A DNA stretch of 64,000 nucleotides from Salpingoeca rosetta (Eukaryota > Protista > Choanoflagellata), in the NCBI GenBank assembly GCA_033442325.1, contig JAWQFM010000006.1, positions 377,628 through 441,627 of the forward strand. The letters are read 5' to 3'. Made by a program: the position numbers and the translations under genes. The notes below the pieces were generated by a model. That model was given only the letters and a program-made list of their open reading frames with translations. It was not told the origin of the DNA and ran no database searches. This document shows positions 59,947-64,000 of this stretch, in pieces (position 1 is the first letter of the stretch; every line of letters begins with the position of its first letter).

Positions 59947-60228
59947 TCACTGCGCAAATCCGCTCTCCACAACTTGTATTCCAAATGGCGCTGATGATGA
60001 TGACGATGATGGTGGTGGTGGTTTGTCCGCTGCTGCGTCCTCACCACTCGCAACCACAACAATGCCAAACGGCCCAGCGTCACCACCGCCATCGTCGCTG
60101 CTGTCATGTGTTGCAGCGTGATCGTGGCTGCGGGCAGTTGAGGAGACACCAAGCTGCTGCTGCTGCTGCTGCTGTCGACTCGGAATCGGGCAGCACAGGT
60201 TGTAGTGCGACCCTACACCAAATTGTGT

Positions 60229-60295
<67 letters not shown>

Positions 60296-61617
60296 TGTGT
60301 GTGTGGGTGTGTGTGTGTGGGTGTGTGTGTGGGTGTGTGTGTGTGTGTGGGTGTGTGTGAGCCCACAGCCATCACACAGCATCGCCAACAGTGTCAAGAG
60401 TTCCATGTCCATCCAGCACATGCCGTGCGCGCCTACAGCACCTGCTTCAAATGAGGACAGCGGGCGCCAGCTGAGCCACCGCTTCTTGAAGAGATGAGAG
60501 AGAGCGGCATCGACACATGTACACATGCGCCGCTCGTCCTCCTCGCCGCGGATGAAGTGCGGATCCTGTTACAGTCGCCAGATTGGAACAGCGTCAGAGC
60601 CAAAAGCACGATGCGTGGTGTGTGTGTGTGTGTGTGGTGGTGTGTGTGTGTGTGTGGTGGTGTGTGTGTGTGTCTGTCTGTGTGTGTGTGTGTGTGTTTG
60701 TGTGTGTGTCTGTGTGGCTGGCGTGTGTGTCTGTGGGTGTGGGTGTGTGTGTGGGTGTGTCTGTGGGTGGGTGAATGACTGCGCGCTGGCACGTTCATCA
60801 ACTGCGCGTGCGCACCATGATCAAGAGTCGGGTGTCCTGCATGACGTCATCGCCGCTCTCCACACCGAGGATTGCACGTGACATGTTGTCCCGTGTGCCA
60901 CCTGTTTGATACGGCATTGATGATGGCGGTGGCGGTGGTGATGGTGATGGGGATGGCAAGGGCTAGCACGCACAACATGTACAGCACGCACACACGTGCA
61001 CACAACACACACACACAGTATGCACACACGCGCACACAACACACACACAGTATGCACACACGCGCGCACCACGCTCCTCTCTCCCAAAAACGTGTTTGGT
61101 TGTGTGTGGACTCACCACACATGATGGGGGATCCCACGTGCTGGAAGTGGTGCTCCAGCTTGTCGATAAATGCTTGCGACCACGCTTCCTTCCCAGACGG
61201 CAGCTCGATGATCCGAAAGTCCACCTACAGTAAAACAAGGGGGATGGTGAGCAAGTGAGCGAAGGGGTGGGCAAAGCCGCACGGCACGTGTGCGTGTGTA
61301 CAGGCGCGTTTGTGTGAAGCTGAAAGAACACAGCCTCAAGGCTAAACACAGCAGCAGCAACGACACGGCCCCAGCAGCTTCTCCGCGCCCCAGGCACTCG
61401 CACCGTCTCTGTTGTCCACAACTCACGTCACACCAGGCCTGGAGTACACGGCCTGCCTCGACTGTTCCAATCCACTCTCGCGACCCTCGAAACGCCGGTG
61501 GCTTCTCCCCTTCGCTCACGAGCGTGTCTTGAATTTGAGGGATAGTTGGCGGCGTCCTGTCAACGTGCGGGACGTGTCACATAGCGTGAAGTGAAGGCTG
61601 CGTTGTGAGAACTGCAC

Positions 61618-61689
<72 letters not shown>

Positions 61690-62346
61690 CGTGTGTGTGT
61701 GTGTGTGTGTGTGCGTTGTTTGTGATGAGGGTGAGGCGAGAAAGGGGATGGCGCTTACAGACCGACCTTTGGCAATGCCCTTGAATGTTCAACCAGGACA
61801 CCAAGCTCTGCAGCGTCCGGTATCCACAGCCCCAGCCCTACAATTGCACACACAACATGGCAAAAGTGAGAGATGGGCTTGGTGCACGTGCGGGGCAGGG
61901 AGCGTTCATGCATGCTATCGCACGGATGCATACACACATGCACACAATCAAACGGATGCATACACATGCACACAATCAAACGGATGCATACACATGTACA
62001 TACATGCACACGCACACACACATGCACACACACATGCACACATAAATGCACACACACGCACGCACATGCACACGCACACACACACATGCACATGCACAAA
62101 CACGCACATGTTCCCACATTCGCACATGCTCACCGCGTCACGGGTGTCGTCGATGTGATAGTGCCAGTAGTCCACGGCACCTTGGAAGCCAACAAAGTTG
62201 CCATCCCCGCCACTGCCATTCAAGCGCCCGCTGGCCCGCCGCAACTGCTCTGCCGTCACCCGCAACAACAACCGCGGCGCTGCCTGGGACTGCTGCGCTG
62301 CTGTTGCACCATCATCACCACCAGCATCCCGCGCCTCCATCGTCAT
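59947..62346 (-). CDS. UFSP1: UFM1-specific protease 1 (peptidase C78), 7 exons
   Basis: DYWHY..D.RDA|GWGCGYRTLQSL (catalytic Cys codon 61826-61828), EKPPAFRGSREWIGTVE, SPIMCGGTRDNMSRAILGV, LIM|DPHF and HYNLCCP. It lacks the long UFSP2 N-terminal domain. Confidence 0.9.
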
Positions 62347-62454
62347 CCACCAGCAGCAAGCAAAGAAATAAGTGTGTGTCGTTGTTGCTGTTGTCGTCAG
62401 TGTCGTGTAGTTTGTGTTTGCTGACTGTGCGCAGAAATCGAAGGTCGCAGCAGC

Positions 62455-63714
62455 ATGCTTGTTGACACAATAATGCGAGGGGCCGGCGTTTTGGTGGTGG
62501 TGGTGGTGGTGATGGTGGTGGTGCTTGCACACAGCAGCATGAGTGAGGTGGTGCTGGTGGAAGATCAGCGTGGTGGGTTCCACATCAACACCAGCGATCC
62601 ATTGAATGAACCCGTGTTTGTGAATGGGATGGACGTTGGTCAAGTGGGCAACGAGGTGTTGGCGCTGCGCAGCATGGTGTCAACACAGATGAGCATGCTG
62701 GAAGCGCAGCAGAGCAGGCTTGAGGAGCAAGAACGTCTCACATGCTTCCTCACTGCCACGGACACCACCTCCATGGCCTACGTTGGCACCGGCAACAATG
62801 ACTGGATTGGCGGCGTTTTGGCCAACACTGGACTCATCTATGGCATTCCACATCGCTCAACCTCCGTGCTAATCATCGACCCTGCCACCAACACCGCTGA
62901 CACCACCACGATCACAGGCCTGGAAACAGGAGGTGACAAGTGGGGCGGTGGTGTACTGACTGACAACGGCCTCATCTACGGTTTTCCGCACACTGCGGTG
63001 TCTGTGCTCATCGTTGACCCACACACGAACACCATCGACAACACCACCCTCGATGGACTGCCATCTGACGGGGGCAAATGGATCAGCGGCGTGGCTGCCG
63101 ACAATGGCCTCATCTTCGGCGTGCCCTGGAGTTCTTCTTCTGTCCTCATCATCGACCCAGCAGCCAACACCACAGACACCACCACCATCGCTGGGCTTGA
63201 AGGAGATGAGAAGTGGTACGGTGGCGTGCAAGCCAGCAATAACCTCATCTACTGCATTCCAGTCAACGCTGAGACTGTGCTCATCATCGACCCATCCACC
63301 ACCACGTCAGACACCACAACAATCGCTGGCCTGACAGGCAATGGCGCGTGGTATGGCGGCGTGCTTGCTGGCAACGGCCTCATCTATGGCATCCCATACA
63401 AATCTACGGCCGTGCTCATCATCGATTCAGCAACCAACAGTGCCGACACAACGTCCATTTCCGGTCTTGCAAGCAACTACTACAAGTGGAGCGGCGGTGT
63501 GCTGGCGCCCAACGGCCGCATCATCGGCATCCCACGTGATGCTGCATCCGCACTCATCATCGACCCAACCACCAACACCGTCCACACCACGTCGTTGCCT
63601 GTTCCAACTGGAGCCCGCAAGTGGTTTGATGGCGTTCTCGCCAGCAACGGCCTCATCTATGGTTTGCCATGGAGCGCAGCACACAGTGTCCTCATCATCG
63701 ATCCTGGCTGCTGA
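62455..63714 (+). CDS. Intronless secreted protein: signal peptide, short beta cap, coiled coil and 7 repeats of about 45 aa (probable 7-bladed beta-propeller)
   Basis: 419-aa single-exon ORF. Repeat consensus W-x-GGVLA-x-NGLIYGIP-x4-SVLIIDP-x-TNT-x-DTT-x-I-x-GL occurs 7 times. The ATG at 62473 is an alternative start. Confidence 0.85.
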   Translation: MLVDTIMRGAGVLVVVVVVMVVVLAHSSMSEVVLVEDQRGGFHINTSDPLNEPVFVNGMDVGQVGNEVLALRSMVSTQMSMLEAQQSRLEEQERLTCFLTATDTTSMAYVGTGNNDWIGGVLANTGLIYGIPHRSTSVLIIDPATNTADTTTITGLETGGDKWGGGVLTDNGLIYGFPHTAVSVLIVDPHTNTIDNTTLDGLPSDGGKWISGVAADNGLIFGVPWSSSSVLIIDPAANTTDTTTIAGLEGDEKWYGGVQASNNLIYCIPVNAETVLIIDPSTTTSDTTTIAGLTGNGAWYGGVLAGNGLIYGIPYKSTAVLIIDSATNSADTTSISGLASNYYKWSGGVLAPNGRIIGIPRDAASALIIDPTTNTVHTTSLPVPTGARKWFDGVLASNGLIYGLPWSAAHSVLIIDPGC

Positions 63715-64000
63715 GGGCAGAGGCGACCGTGGCGTTCTGCACCCTGTTAGCCACGCTCCCTGCTTGACCTGCTTGACACGCATGCAAGTGTCACCTCGCT
63801 TTGTTTGTTTCTCGTGGCATTTCATTGGCTATTGCTTGACTTCGTTGTGCTGTGTCCCACCCCTCCACGCACATTTCTTGTCATCTGCACCCGTCATTGC
63901 GCTGTGACGTGGTGCCACTTTCTCCTCATCATACCTCTGCCTTTCTGTTGAGTTGCAGAGCGATCCAATTCTTCTGCTCGTTACATGATCGTGGTGACAT

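Overview
This is eukaryotic, gene-dense, intron-rich DNA whose introns are filled with (GT)n/(CA)n microsatellites. The style strongly suggests a choanoflagellate such as Salpingoeca rosetta, which is an inference and not verified. Splicing exons by hand across GT-AG introns gives 16 protein genes plus one tRNA-His: PQLC2/LAAT1, MAK16, kinesin-6 (KIF23/MKLP1-like), tRNA-His(GUG), a giant rootletin/C-Nap1-like coiled-coil protein, a doubled flagellar calcium-binding (calflagin-like) protein, an SLC35A nucleotide-sugar transporter, vigilin, NDUFAF6, an F-box-kinesin fusion, LTO1, POLR3F, COX18, an unknown protein, a prokaryote-like 4TM K+-channel, UFSP1 and an intronless secreted 7-bladed beta-propeller. 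There are two assembly gaps. Most six-frame ORFs are microsatellite or antisense artefacts. The most notable observations are: (1) a polarised intron architecture with (GU)n at the 5' splice site and (CA)n at the 3' splice site; (2) the F-box-kinesin fusion; (3) a UFSP1 tail with two UBA5/C53-like UFM1/ATG8-interacting motifs; (4) a possibly lysosome-targeted K+ channel with a TSTGYGD filter; (5) the rootletin-like protein; (6) a conserved MKLP1 Arf6-binding tail. All family calls come from remembered motifs, not database searches. CDS coordinates span first to last codon and include introns.
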